From Mobula hypostoma (lineage: Eukaryota), in assembly GCF_963921235.1 (NCBI RefSeq), contig NC_086108.1, forward strand, positions 104,224,001-104,288,000: a stretch of 64,000 bases of DNA. The letters are read 5' to 3'. The translations under genes and the position numbers were made by a program. A model generated the notes under the pieces. The model was not told the DNA's origin, did not search any database, and saw nothing but the letters and a program-made list of their open reading frames with translations. Below, one piece after another: positions 50,740 to 63,744 of this stretch (the stretch's first letter is position 1; the number at the start of each line of letters is the position of its first letter).

Positions 50740-51232
50740 GAACCATTTCAGTGTTGAGTTGAGTGAAGTTAACCTCATTGGTTTGGGAGCCTGATGGTTG
50801 TTGGGAAATAACCATTACTGAACCTGGTGATGTAGCTCCTGTACCTCCTGCCTGATTGTAGTAGTAAGAAGAGACCGTGACCTGGATGGTAGGGGTCCTT
50901 GACGATGGATGCTGCTTTCTTGTGGCATCACTGTACTCAATGGTGGGGAAGGTTTTGCTCGTGATGGACTGGGCTGTATCCACCATTTTCTGTAGACTTT
51001 TCCATTCCGGGGCATTGGTACTTCTATACCAGGTGGTGTTGTAACCAGTCAGGATAGTTTCCACTGTGCACCTATAGAATTTGTCAAAGTTTTTGGCGAC
51101 ATGGTGAATCTATGCAAACTTCCAAGAACATAGAGCCATTGTCATACCTTCTTTGTGATGGCAGTTGTGTGCTGGTCACACATATCAGACAGATCCTCTG
51201 ATATGTTAATGCCATGGAATTTAAAGCTAATT
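50740..51232 (-). mobile_element. Rex1-like 3' fragment
   Basis: ETILTGYNTTWY motif. Confidence 0.7.
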
Positions 51233-51240
51233 AAAATATA

Positions 51241-51313
51241 TACAGTACTGTGCAAAAGTTTGAAGCATATATACATAGAGCTAGGATGCCTAAGACATTT
51301 GCACGGTACTGTA
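51241..51313. mobile_element. Tiny Tc1-type MITE (~70 bp)
   Basis: TIR tacagtactgtgcaaa / tttgcacggtactgta with TA ends. Confidence 0.7.
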
Positions 51314-51546
51314 ATAATTTTATGTATCGCACTGTACTGCTGCCACTGCAAAAAGCAAACCATGACATATGTGGCACAGGTGATGATAAGCCTGATTCTG
51401 ATATGGGTCTCTATTGTGGACTGAGAGTGGGAAGGAGGCTGGGAGAGGGGAATCATGGTTGGGAAAAGGGGAACGGAGAGAGGAAGGAGTGGGAAGCACC
51501 AGAGGGACATTCTGTAATGATCAATAAACCAATTGTTTGGAATCAA

Positions 51547-53219
51547 GCAACGCACATCAAAGTTGCTGGTGAACACAGCAGGCCAGGCAGCATCTCTAGG
51601 AAGAGGTACAGTCGACATTTCGGGCCGACACCCTTCGTCAGGACTAACTGAAGGAAGAGTTAGTAAGAGATTTGAAAGTGAGAGGGGGAGGGGGAGACCC
51701 AAAATGATAGGAGAAGACAGGAGGGGGAGGGATGGAGCCAAGAGCTGGACAGGTGATAGGCAAAGGGGATACGAGAGGATCATGGGACAGGAGGCCCAGG
51801 GAGAAGGAAAAGGGGGAGGGGGGAAAACCCAGAGGATGGGCAAGGGGTATAGTCAGAGGGACAGAGGGGGGAAAAGGAGAGAGAGAGAAAGAATGTGTCT
51901 ATAAAAATAAATAACGGATGGGGTACGAGGGGGAGGTGGGGCATTAGCGGAAGTTAGAGAAGTCAATGTTCATGCCATCAGATTGGAGGCTACCCAGACG
52001 GAATATAAGGTGTTGTTCCTCCAACCTGAGTGTGGCTTCATCTTTACAGTACAGGAGGCCGTGGATAGACATATCAGAATGGGAATGGGATGTGGAATTA
52101 AAATGTGTGGCCAGTGGGAGATCCTGCTTTCTCTGGCGGACAGAGCGTAGGTGTTCAGCAAAGCAGTCTCCCAGTCTGCGGCGGGTCTCGCCAATATATA
52201 GAAGGCCACATCGGGAGCACCGGACGCAGTATATCACCCCAGCCGACTCACAGGTGAAGTGTCACCTCACCTGGAAGGACTGTCTGGGGCCCTGAATGGT
52301 GGTAAGGGAGGAAGTGTAAGGGCATGTGTAGCACTTGTTCCGCTTACAAGGATATGTGCCAGGAGGGAGATCAGTGGGGAGGTTTGGGGGGGCAAATGGA
52401 CAAGGGAGTCGCGTAGGGAGTGATCCCTGCAGAAAGCTGGGGGGGGGAGGGAAAGATGTGTTTAGTGATGGGATCCTTTTGGAGGTGGCAGAAGTTACGG
52501 AGAATAATATGTTGGACCCGGAGGCTGGTGGGGTGGTAGGTGAGGACCAAGGGAACCCTATTCCTAGTGGGGTGGCGAGAGGATGGAGTGGGAGCAGATG
52601 TGCGTGAAATGGGGGAGATGCATTTGAGAGCAGAGTTGATGGTGGAGGAAAGGAAGCCCCTTTCTTTAAAAAAGGACATCTCCCTCATCCTGGAATGAAA
52701 AGCCTCATCCTGAGAGCAGATGCGGCGGAGACGGAGGAATTGCGAGAAGGGGATGGCGTTTTTGCAAGAGACAGGGTGAGAAGAGGAATAGTCCAGATAG
52801 CTGTGAGAGTCAGTAGGCTTATAGTAGACATCAGTAGATAAGCTGTCTGCAGAGATAGAGACAGAAAGATCAAGAAGGGGGAGGGAGGTGTTGGAAATGG
52901 ACCAGGTAAATTTGAGGGCAGGGTGAAAGTTGGAGGCAAAGTTAATGGAGTCAATGAGCTCAGCATGCGTGCAGGAACCAGCGCCAATGCAGTTGTTGAT
53001 GTAGCAAAGGAAAAGTGGGGGGACAGATACCAGAATGGGTTTGGAACATAGATTGTTCCACAAAGCCAACAAAAAGGCAGGCATAGCTAGGACCCATACG
53101 GGTGCCCATAGCTGCACCTTTAGTTTGGAGGAAGTGGGAGGAGCCAAAGGAGAAATTATTAAGAGTAAGGACTAATTCCGCAAGGCAGAGCAGAGTGGTG
53201 GTGGAGGGGAACTGATGAG
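51547..53219 (-). mobile_element. Penelope-like element (RT C-terminal half, GIY-YIG, 3' UTR with hammerhead at 51610-51645)
   Basis: LQTKGAAMGTRMGPSYA; YKPTDSHSYL; IYCVRCSRCGLLYIGET; flanks gtttggaatcaa (51535-51546) and gtctggaatcaa (53220-53231). Confidence 0.92.
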
Positions 53220-53496
53220 GTCTGGAATCAAATGATCTTTCCTGGTGTCTCAGGACTGGATGTCTATGCACCTGTACCAACCCCTGCCCCTGGCCGCTCC
53301 TTCTCTCCCACCTGTCCCACAGTCCTTCCGTGGCACCCCCCTCACCATTCCCGACATCCTTTGATCCCGCCAGATTTACAAACTTGCTCTCCACTCCACG
53401 TTGACAAATACAGTACTGTGCAAAAATCTCAGGTTTGAACCCCATAATTATAGGTTAAAATGATGTAGTTCAACATACACACTGAAATAAGTTATT

Positions 53497-54009
53497 GTGG
53501 CGTAGGTAGCACTGTGTTGCCCTTGAGGCACTTATATGACTTTGTTGGGTCTACGTTTTAAATGATTTGTTTGTAACTACTTTCTAGTTAAAGTAAAAGG
53601 TTTATAATTAAGTTACAGTATAATAAAGACAAATTCATTGTCTATGGTATAGCGCGGCATGTGATGACGTCACGTCCGGTTTCGTCGCGTCTTGTGTGTA
53701 ACCTCCGGTTCGGGAAGGTGTGAAGGCGGGTTCCGTGCGTGCAGCGTGATCGTGGGGAGCTCCGTCTCTACCCACAAAGAAACATTATAGAAGCAACGCC
53801 GTAAGTTCATAAGAATGTATGTGAAGTAAAAATATTAACGCGGTTTCTGTTAAGGAGGTGCCGGCTTTTCAATTTCAAACGCGGGATGGGCTCGGGCCCG
53901 GAGGTAGTTTGACGCGACCCCCTCGCCCGCTACTCGGGGCGGCTGGAGACTCGCTAAAAGGAGAGAGCGTGTCTGGTCTCCAGAATGAAACAGACGCTGT
54001 TGACGTTTG
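53497..54009. mobile_element. CpG-rich LTR-like fragment
   Basis: Starts tgtggcg, CpG-rich, cut off at the Penelope fold-back; no second end seen. Confidence 0.35.
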
Positions 54010-54188
54010 TAAACAACAGGAAATCTGCAGACGCTGGAAATTCAAGCAACACACATCAAAGTTGCTGGTGAACGCAGCAGGCCAGGCAGCATCTCTCGGA
54101 AGAGGTACAGACCCTGAAACGTCGACTGTACCTCTTCCTAGAGATGCTGCCTGGCCTGCTGCGTTCACCAGCAACTTCGATGTGTGTT
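54010..54188. mobile_element. Penelope-derived fold-back mini-insertion
   Basis: Arms caacacacatc...gaggtacag and ctgtacctc...gatgtgtgtt; turn at cctgaaacgtcga; no TSD. Confidence 0.85.
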
Positions 54189-54189
54189 A

Positions 54190-54520
54190 CTAGCTCATGG
54201 ACCTCTGGTTTCTTTCTCCTGAAGTCAATAATCAGCTCTTTGGTCTTGCTGACATTGAGTAAGAGGCGGTTGTTACGGCACCACTCAGCCAGAATTTTCA
54301 ATCTCCCTCCTGTATGCTCACTCATCACCACCTTTGATTCGGCCTGTGACAGTGGTGTCATCAGCAGACTTGATTATGGCATTGTAGTGGTGTTTCACCA
54401 CACAGTCACAAGTGTAAAATGAGTAGAGTGGGGGCTAAGCACACAGCCTTATGGTGTACCTTTGCTAATGGAGATTGTGGAGGAGATGTCACCGATCTGA
54501 ACCGACGGAGGTTTGCAAGT
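54190..54520 (-). mobile_element. Rex1-like RT fragment
   Basis: LNVSKTKELIIDFR motif. Confidence 0.75.
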
Positions 54521-55018
54521 GTAAAGATGAAGCCACACTCAGGTTGGAGGAACAACACCTTATATTCCGTCTGGGTAGCCTCTAACCTGATGGCATGAAC
54601 ATTGACTTCTCTAACTTCCGCTAATGGCCCACCTCCCCCTCGTACCCCATCCGTTATTTATTTATATATACACATTCTTTCTCTCTCCTTTTTCGCCCTC
54701 TGCCCCTCTGACTATACCCCTTGCCCATCCTCTGGTTTTTTTCCCCCTGCCCCTTTTCCTTCTCCCTGGGCCTCCTGTCCCATGATCCTCTCATATCCCT
54801 TTTGCTTATCACCTGTCCAGCTCTTGGCTCCATCCCTCCCCCTCCTGTCTTCTCCTATTATTTTGGATCTCCCCCTCCCCCTCCCACTTTCAAATTTCTT
54901 ACTAACTCTTCCTTCAGTTAGTCCAGATGAAGGGTCTCGGCCAGAAACGTCGACTGTACCTCTTCCTAGAGACACTGCCTGGCCTGCTGCGTTCACCAGC
55001 AACTTTGATGTGTGTTGC
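54521..55018 (+). mobile_element. Penelope 3' end; hammerhead core mutated (CAGATGA) at 54920-54955
   Basis: Matches 43362-43807 and continues to ...gatgtgtgttgc. Confidence 0.9.
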
Positions 55019-55189
55019 CTGTATATGTTTGTATTTTTTTTATCAACAGTTTTCACCATACGATGTTAATGTGGAAGAGTGAACAGTAAATGATTAACCT
55101 TACTACGACTCTGTCTTCATCAGCTCCGGTTTAACTTGGTGTTTAGTCAGAGTTTCAACACACTGCACGAGAACACTACAAGCAGGAAT

Positions 55190-55985
55190 GCGCTCTTTTT
55201 CCCAGGCTGGACCTCGAGGGCATAGGTTTCAGGTGAGAGGGGAAAGATTTAATAGAAACTTGAGGGGGAACTTTTTTACACAAGGATTGCTATGTACTGT
55301 CTATGGAATAAGCTGCCCAAGCAAATGGTTGAGGCAAATACAGGGGAGACACAACAGTGTAGCGGTTAAAGTAATGCTTTACAGTGCCACTGATCAATTG
55401 GTGGAATGGGGTTCAATTCATAAGACCATAAGATGTCCGATCAGAATTAGGCCATTTGGCCCATTGAGTCTGCTCCGCCATTCAATCATGGCTAATTGAA
55501 TCCCCTCATCAGCCCTACTCTCTGCCTTCTCCCATAATCTTTGATGCCATGTCTAATCAAGAACTTATCAAGCTTTGCCTTAAATACATCCAATGACTTG
55601 GCCTCCACAGACGCCTATGGTAACAAATTCCACAAATTCACCACCTCTGGCTAAAGTAATTTCTCTACATCTCTGTTTTAAATGCACGCCCCTCTATCCT
55701 GAGGCTGTGCCCTCTTGTCTTAGATTCTCCCCCCATGGGAAACACCCTTTCCACATCTACTCTGTCTAGGCCTTTCAACATTTGAAAGGTTTCAGTGAGA
55801 TCCCTCCCTATTCTTCTAAACTCCATGTCACTGCGTGGGTTTTGTTTGGGTGCTCTGGTTTTCTCCTACATTCCAAAAATGTAAGGGATAGGGTTAGTGA
55901 GTTGTGGGCATGCTCTGTTGGTGCTGGAAGCATGGTGACACTTGCAGGCTGTCCCCCCGCTGTGCACTGTTTTAATTGTTAACAC
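55190..55985. mobile_element. Interleaved old CR1 fragments and an HE1-like SINE
   Basis: CR1 + (55190-55340); SINE head (55340-55420) and body (55825-55985) split by CR1 - (55420-55822). Confidence 0.65.
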
Positions 55986-56444
55986 AAATTTATTTATTTA
56001 TTGAAATTTCAGGATCAGGTTTAATATCACCAGCATATGTCATGAAATTTGTTTACTTTGCCACAGCAGTACAATGCAATACATGATAAATATAGAAAAA
56101 ACCCTGAACTACACTAACTATATATATGTATATTAAACAGCTAAGTAATGCAAAAACAGAAATAAATAAAAGAATTGAAGTCATGGGTTCAATGTCCATT
56201 TAGGAATTGGATGGCAGTGGGGAAGAAGCTGTCCCTCATTAACAAAGGGTTTGAGGGAGTTAAACAGAAATATAGTCTAAGGTCATGTCAGGGTCTCTCA
56301 GGTTGGTTCAAGTACCTGATGGCAGTGGGGAAGAGGCTGTTGTGAAACCTTGAGGACCTCATTTCACAACTAAATTGAACAGGGAACTGAGGTTGCCTGA
56401 ATTGAAAAAGACTGATCAAATGGGATAATTGGCATCAGTATTGT

Positions 56445-57127
56445 AGATCGGGGGACAGTTTTGTTGAGTACCTTTGCTCCATCCGCAACAGGCAGGATTT
56501 CATGGTGACCAACTATTTTAATTCCTCTCCCCATTCCCATTCCGAAATGTCGGTCCATGGCTTCCTCTACTGCCACAATGAGGCCACTCTCAGTCTGGAG
56601 GTGGAATTCCTCATGTTCTATCTGCGTAGTCTCCAACCTGATGGCATGAACATCAATTTCATTAACTTCTATCAATTTCTCACCCTCCTCCTTCTCTGCT
56701 TTTCATTCCCAATTCTGGCCCTTCTCACTTCTTCCTTTCTCCTCACCTGTCTATCCTCTCCCTCTGCTGCACTTTCACCTTCCCTTTCTCCCGTGTTCCA
56801 TTCTCCTTTCTATCAGATTCCTTCTTCTTCAGCCCTTTACCTTTTCCACCTATCACCTCCCAGTTTCTCACTTCATGCTCCCTCCCCCACCCTCCTACCT
56901 TCCCCCTCATGTGGCTTCACCTATCATCTGCCAGCTTATCGATCTTCCTGTCTCCCCCACCTTTTTATTTTGGCTTCTTTCCCCTTCCTTTCCAGTCCTG
57001 ATGAAGGGTCGTGGCCCGAAAGTTCAACTGTTTGTCCCCTCCATAGAGGCTGACTGACCTGCTGAGTTCCTACAGCATGTTGTGTGTTTTACTCTGGAGT
57101 GCCAGCATTTGCAGAATCTATTGCGTT
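56445..57127 (+). mobile_element. Old Penelope 3' end with a decayed hammerhead (56994-57029)
   Basis: HFNS/LQPDGMNI-like motifs; agtcCTGATGAagggtcgtggcccGAAAgttcaact. Confidence 0.8.
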
Positions 57128-57227
57128 TGTCATTAACAGTATTTATTTCAGCTTCAAAGATATGTGGCAATAATCTTTGAAATGATAATCTTGTACCAAT
57201 GCTTGGTATGGGTGCATCCAAATTTAT

Positions 57228-58038
57228 AGAGTCATAGACCACTGCAGTACAGAAATAGGCCCTTCAACCCATCTAGTCCATACTGACCTGTTTTTCTGCC
57301 CAGACCTGTTGACGTGCACCTGTACCATAGTCCTCTATATAATTTCCAAACTTCTCTTCAATCTTGCAATCAAACGTGTATCCACCACTTCCACTGGCAG
57401 CTTGTTCCACGCTCGCACCTCCCTCTGAATGAACAGGAACCCCCCTCAGGTCCCCCTTAAATATTTCACCTTTCACCCCAGGCGGCACAGCAGCTTAACA
57501 ATGCCCGTGAGCCAGGTTCAGTTCCTGCCACTGCCCGTAAGGGGTTTGTATATGCTCACTGTGATTGCGCGGGTTTCCTCCAGGAGCTCTGGTTTCCTCC
57601 CACAGTCCAACTACGTGCCGCTTGGTAGGTTCATTGTTCATTGTAAATTGTCCTGTGATTAAGCTAGGATTAAACTGGGGCATTGCTGGATGGCATGGCC
57701 TATTCTGTGCAGTATCTTAATAAATAAATAAGTAACTGAATTAATTCATCTATAGCCTCGAGTTCTAGCCTCAGTCAACTTCTGGTAAAAAGCCTGCTTA
57801 CATTTACCCTATTTATACCCCTGATAATTTTGTATACCTCTATCAAATCTCCCCTCATTCTCTTGCTCTCCAGGGAATAATGTCTGAACATATACAACAT
57901 TTCCCTATGGCTCAGGTCCAACATCCATCTCATTTTCTCTATACTCTTTCAATTTTATTTTTCCTGCAGGTAGGTGACCAGGACTGCACACAATACTCAA
58001 AATTTGGCCTCACCAACATTCTATACATCTTCAACATG
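57228..58038 (-). mobile_element. Old CR1 fragment interrupted by an HE1-like SINE (+, ~57481-57731)
   Basis: CR1 3' motifs; SINE core gggtttcctccaggagctctggtttcctcccaca. Confidence 0.7.
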
Positions 58039-58556
58039 AGCAGTACGATTGGAGCTACTTCTTTTAGTTCAAGATTTCTGTGACAGATTTTAAGAATTCA
58101 ACAGGAAAATGTTGAGCCTCATCTGCCTCATCTCTAGTCAATTTACCCCTTGGATGTGGGTAGTTGGGATATAAATCTCCATGTACAATGGGCCTGTTCA
58201 TTTAATCTATGAAGAAGGAAGTCCAATCAAGTTGAAAAATGATCTGTTCACACTAACATCGAAGTGTCTGAGTCATTTACTTCAGGAACAAGTAACCGGC
58301 ATGGACATGTAGAGTGGACAGCTGGAGACTTTTTCCCTGGGCACAAATGGCAATGAGAGGCCAGCATTTTAAAATGTTTGGAGGAGAGTATAGGGGGTTG
58401 GCTCTTTAAACAAAGAGTGGTGGATGTATAGTATGCACTGTCAGGGATGGTGGTAGAGGCAGATACATTTGGGACATTTAAGAAACTCTTAGATTGGCAT
58501 ATGGATATTAGATTAAATGGAGGGCTATGTAGGAGGGAAGGGTTACATTGATCTTT

Positions 58557-60894
58557 TTTTAAATTCAATTTTTTATTATTATTTATTCTTATTTTACAAA
58601 GCAGCACAGCACTTCACAGAGTAGATACAGTACAGCATATTTACACAGCCATTCCATGACAAGGAAAACAAATAAAACTTAGAGACAGAAAGAAGCTCTA
58701 ATTTAAGTTTAAATTAACATACAACCAAAATTGATCCCACACATCTTGCACTTTTCCCTCACTGTTAATTCTTCCCAACATGTGTTCGTATGATGAAATC
58801 TTAATCATTTCCTCAGTCCATTCCTTCACAGTGGGACATCTGGGTTTTTTCCAGTTTTGCAATATAGTCCTTGCAACTGTGATGAGACCCACCTTTAAAA
58901 TAGTAGATTTGTCATTGTTTACATTAGGTATCATTGTCCTATCACCCAGGAGACAAAGCCATGGGCACAAGGGCAGTGCGGAACCCGACCAATTCCCCAA
59001 CAGATCAAGAACTTTACACCAAAATGGACGGACCATGGAACACTCCCAAATCATGTGAAAATATGTGCCCACCTCATTTTTACATTTCCAGCATAAATTA
59101 TTATCAACAAGCCCCATTTTGTACAGTCTAGTTAGTGTCCAATAATATCTGTGTACTATCTTATACTGGATAAATCTCCCTCTCGCTTCCCTAATATGTC
59201 TACCCACATTTGATAAATATTTGACCACTCATTATCTTCAATATCACTTCCAAGATCCTTCTGCCATACTGCTTTGAGATTGTTACACGATTCACCCACA
59301 GAGTGCTTGAACATCTTATGAAACACTGATGCTTTATAAACTTCCTGTGGTAATGTAAAGTATTCAGTTAAAAAGTTACTTTGTGGGTCACCGTTCTTAA
59401 ATATGCTACTAATGCAATGTCTCATTTGTAAATACTTCCAAAAATTCCCTTTATCTACAAAGTTATGTTTTCTCTGCAAATCCACATATGACATAAAAAT
59501 CCCGTTCTCATAGAGATCACCTACTGTATTAACACCTTTAATCTTCGATTCTTTCCAGTACACCATTCTTCTCCCAATGCATATCTCAGGGTTATTCCAG
59601 AGTGAGAAGTACAACTGGTTTAAATGTGACATTCTCCAGGCTTTATGAATTGTACTCCACACACTCCTTAAGTGAAATAGTATAGGATTTAGATTAGTCT
59701 TGTTTTCCACATGTTGTGAGAGGATGTTTGCAGCCAGGCTCCATTCTATAATTACCCAATCTAAATCAACATCAGCCTTGTCCCAATGTTTAGCTAACTT
59801 GGTCATTTCAAAGGATAATTTATATGCCCTGACGTCTGGTAGACTGAGCCCACGCATGTCCCTGGACATACACATCTTACTCATTTTAATTCTGGGCTTC
59901 TTATCCCAAATTATCCCACTGATAATTTTGTTATATTGCCTGTAGATCAAATCTGATATATTTAAAGGAAGCATCATAGAAAGTTAGTTAAACTGAGGTG
60001 CTATGACCATCTTAACTACATTGACTTTACCCCAGAGTGACAGTCTCAGTGCCCCCCACTTATCCAGATTATTTCTTATCCTACTCAGTAATGGATCATA
60101 ATTTAAAGTGATTATTTCATCCAAATTCTGACCAGAGTTTGTTCCCTAGATACTTCATTCCAACTGGCACCCACCTGAAATTAAACTGAGATACTGAATT
60201 TGAATAACACAATTTTGACATTGGCATTGCCTCAGATTTATTGCAGTTGATTTTATAACCAGATACCTCAGAATATAATTGAATTGTTTTCATTAGTGGG
60301 GATAAGGAATTAGAAGGGTCACTAATCAGTAATAAAATATCATCAACATATAGCATCAGCTTATGCTCCTTTCTGCCTCCCTTCACCCCTCTAATATTTG
60401 GATCGGCCCTAATCATGATTGCCAACGGTTCCAAAAAAATCATAAATAACAGTGGGGGGGGGGCAGCCTTGGCGTGTACCCCTTGAAATGTTGAAAAATG
60501 GGGATATGATACCATTTGTAATAACTGCAGTTTTTATACAAAATTCTAATCCATTATTTAAAGATAGAGCCAAACCCAAAGAATGATAAGGCTGTGGTTA
60601 AAAATCTCCACTCAACCCTATCAAAGGCCTTTTCGGCATCCAGGGAGATGGCAGTAACTGGGACACTACTTGAGGAGTTCAGCCATATTAAGTGCGGTAA
60701 TCTTAAATTATCAGTTGGGGATCTGCCTTTAATGAAGACAACCTGGTCAGTATTAATTATAGATGGCAATACTTCCTCTAATCGTGAAGCCAGTATTTTA
60801 GTCGGTATCTTATAGTCCACATTAATTAAGCTTATAGCCCTATAATTAGAAGGATTTATTGCATCCCTGTCTTTTTTTGGGATCAATGATATTA
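58557..60894 (-). mobile_element. L1/Tx1 (second family) RT to 3' end, inserted in a CR1 3' UTR
   Basis: NYRAISLIN, SLDAEKAFD, LYVDD, CWKC...HMIWEC; TSD attgatcttt (58547-58556, 60895-60904). Confidence 0.92.
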
Positions 60895-60976
60895 ATTGAT
60901 CTTTGAGTAGTTTAAAAGGTTGGCACAACCTCATGGACTGAAGGGACTGGACTGTGCTGTAATATTCTATGTTCAA

Positions 60977-61754
60977 CACTCAATGGCTACACGCACACCT
61001 GCTCATTAATGCAAATATCAAATCAGCCAATCACGTGGCAGCAATTCAATGCAAAAAAGCATGCAGACATGGTCCAGAGGTTCAGTTATTGTTCAGAACA
61101 GCTATCAGAATGGGGAAGAAAAGTGACTTTAACCGTGGACTGACTGTTAGTGCCAGAAGTGGTGGTTTGAATATCTCAGCCACAAAATAATCTGCAGATG
61201 CTGGGGTCAAAGCAACACTCACAACACGCTGGAGGAACTCAGCAGGTTGGGCAGCATCCGTGGAAAAGATCGGTCGACGTATCGGGCCGGAACCCTTCGT
61301 CAGGTTGATTCCTGACGAAGGGTTCCGGCCCAAAACGTCGACCGATCTTTTCCACGGATGCTGCCCAACCTGCTGAGTTCCTCCAGCTTGTTGTGAGTGA
61401 ATATCTCAGAAACTGCTGATTTCCTGGGATTTTTGTGAACAACTGTCTCCAGAGTTTATAGACAATGGTGTAAAGAACCAAAAAAAATCCAGTGAGTGGC
61501 AGTTCTGTGGGTGAAAATGCCCTGTTCATCAGAGAAGTCAGAGGAAGATGGCCAGACTGGTTCAAGCTGACAGGAAGGTGACAGTAACTTAACTAACCAC
61601 ACGTTGCAACAGTGGTGTGCAGAAGAGCATCTCTGAATACACAACATGTCGAACCTTGAAGTGGATGGGCTACAGCAGCAGAAGACCATGAACACACATT
61701 CAGTGGTCACTTTATAGGTACAGGAACTATCCAATAAAGTGGCTACTGAGTGTA
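60977..61754 (+). mobile_element. Tc1 non-autonomous element (same family as 19459-20472)
   Basis: cactcaatggctac ... aataaagtggctactgagtgta ends; MGKKSD transposase remnant. Confidence 0.75.
61180..61397. mobile_element. Fold-back insertion of a second Penelope subfamily with back-to-back hammerhead motifs
   Basis: TSD tgaatatctcag (61168-61179, 61398-61409); ~88-bp arms around a 6-nt spacer ttgatt. Confidence 0.9.
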
Positions 61755-61879
61755 TATTCTAGGGATATCAAAACTATGGCTGGTGTGGGTAATCATTGAT
61801 ACCCCGAGTATTCACTCCTCTTGGAAGTTTTCATGTTTTATTGCTTTACAACATTACAGGAAACATTACAGAATTACAG

Positions 61880-62145
61880 GAAATGGTGGGGGAGTCCAAG
61901 ACCAGAGGACACAGCCTCAAAATAGAGGGGTGTTCTTTTAGAACAGAAACAAGGAGGAATTTCTTTAGCCAGAGGGTGGGAATCTATGGAATTCATGGCA
62001 ACAGGTGGCTGTGGAGGCCAAGTCATTGGGTATATTTAAGGCAGAGTTTGATAGTCAGGGCCTGAAGTGATACGGGGAGAAGGCAGGAGATTGGGGCTGA
62101 GAGGCTTGATGGGCCAAATGGCCAAACTCTGCTCCTATGTCTTAT
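61880..62145 (+). mobile_element. CR1 3' fragment
   Basis: SKTRGHSLKI...FFSQRV and CR1 3' UTR. Confidence 0.75.
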
Positions 62146-62930
62146 AAGCAGCAGTGGAAGTTGCAGTGAGGTAAGGGTTAAAGATAATGACCAGGGAAGG
62201 ATAAACAAGAGAAAATCTGCAGATGCTGGAAATCAAATTAATACATACAAAATACATTTTGTGTGTATTCCAGGCAAGGATCGTTTAGGGAGAGAGTGCA
62301 GCCAACCCAGCCGACTGAGACCTTTGAAGAGCGTAGCTTCCTTTTGCACAGTAAGGGGCCAGAGCTATTTAACATACCTAGACAAGATAAGGATTCTGGG
62401 ATCGCATTTAGTATTGTTCAGTTACTCTACTGATTCTGAAGTGTTATCGGCCTTTGACGTGTGCCTGATTCCATTACAATGTGGGCAGGGATAGAAGACT
62501 GACCACACAAGTGATTGAAGTTTGCACTACAAGGGCTCAACAGAAAGGGAGCCATAGTTACCATTTGGCTCCAGGAACTGGACACTGCTGGCAAACCTGA
62601 AGGGAATGAAAAATTCCGCTGGGACAACACAAAAATGAGCACTGGTATTTCCCTGGATCCGTCTTGAGAAAGCAGAAGGTTTGACTGGTTGGAATTCATG
62701 TGGGGGAGCGTGGTGGGGAAGTGGCGAGTGGGTGGAGCGCTGGAAGACAGCTGATCTATATAGATCAGCATGGCACCAAGTTGAGACTTCCCTTGTGGTC
62801 GCAACTCAGTTTTAGTTGTTTTTTAGTGTCCTTTTTGGGTTCATGGGGATGGTTTTGGGGACAGAAAGGAGTGTAATTATGGGGGCAATGGGAAAATTAT
62901 TTCTTTTGTGTTTCTTGATCTCTATCCTGG

Positions 62931-63623
62931 TGTAAGGGGGTTTCGTCTTTATGTTACTGCGTAGGCTAATTAAAATGGCTTCTTTGTTATGTTATACTTG
63001 GGAATGCTTCTTTGTTATGTTAAACGCTGAGAAAATTTTGCGCTAGCAGCTTGTTTTGGGTTAGGCGGTGATGTGAAGACGCTACGAACCAATTGGGATA
63101 GTTGTTATGATTTTGGTGTATCTGGAAGATTTGTATGCACAGGGTTTTGAGGGGAGAAGGCGGGAGAGAGACACAGAGGATGGACCAGGTGCTGTGATGT
63201 TCGCTAACGGGGTCGGATCCCGAGGAGGGCGTTCAACGAGGAGACGGAGATGGACTCGTGTGGAGCGTCTGGTTGACCACCGTTGTTGGTCCCAGGCGGC
63301 CGGTCGAGGTGGTCCGAGGGGTCGCAGGGTGAAGAAGAAGGGTCCTGAGCTCCAACTGTTGTGCATGAAGAGATTGAACTTTGATAAGTGTGGCGCCTTT
63401 TATTTTCCTTTTATATTTTATTCTCTATTAATTATATAGTTCCAGTAATATCTATAAACTCTAAATCATTTAATCGTATCTGGTGTATTGTCTGTTATTT
63501 GGGCAGGGTGCGGTACATCACACAGCATCCACACAAGCTAATTACCCAGTTTGGCGGGGCCGAGGGCTGTTTCCTTAGATGACAGCGAGCCGAGCGACCC
63601 TAAGGGTGGCCAGGGGGGCTACA
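62931..63623. mobile_element. Solo LTR (693 bp)
   Basis: TGTA...TACA termini; 4-bp TSD ctgg (62927-62930, 63624-63627). Confidence 0.85.
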
Positions 63624-63744
63624 CTGGAGATCCAGTATCACTTGGCCCTGCCACTTTGATCTAGCCCACACCTTCATTAACCCAGTCCATCACCACTTGC
63701 ATTTATTCAGATCTTTCTCCTTCTTACATCTATAAAAGATTTAG

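Noticed and set aside
53640..54009. CpG-island promoter
   Set aside because: Short, embedded among repeats and more consistent with a young LTR fragment; cannot be supported as a host promoter
63107..63439. Arg/Gly-rich ORF
   Set aside because: Lies wholly within a TSD-flanked solo LTR
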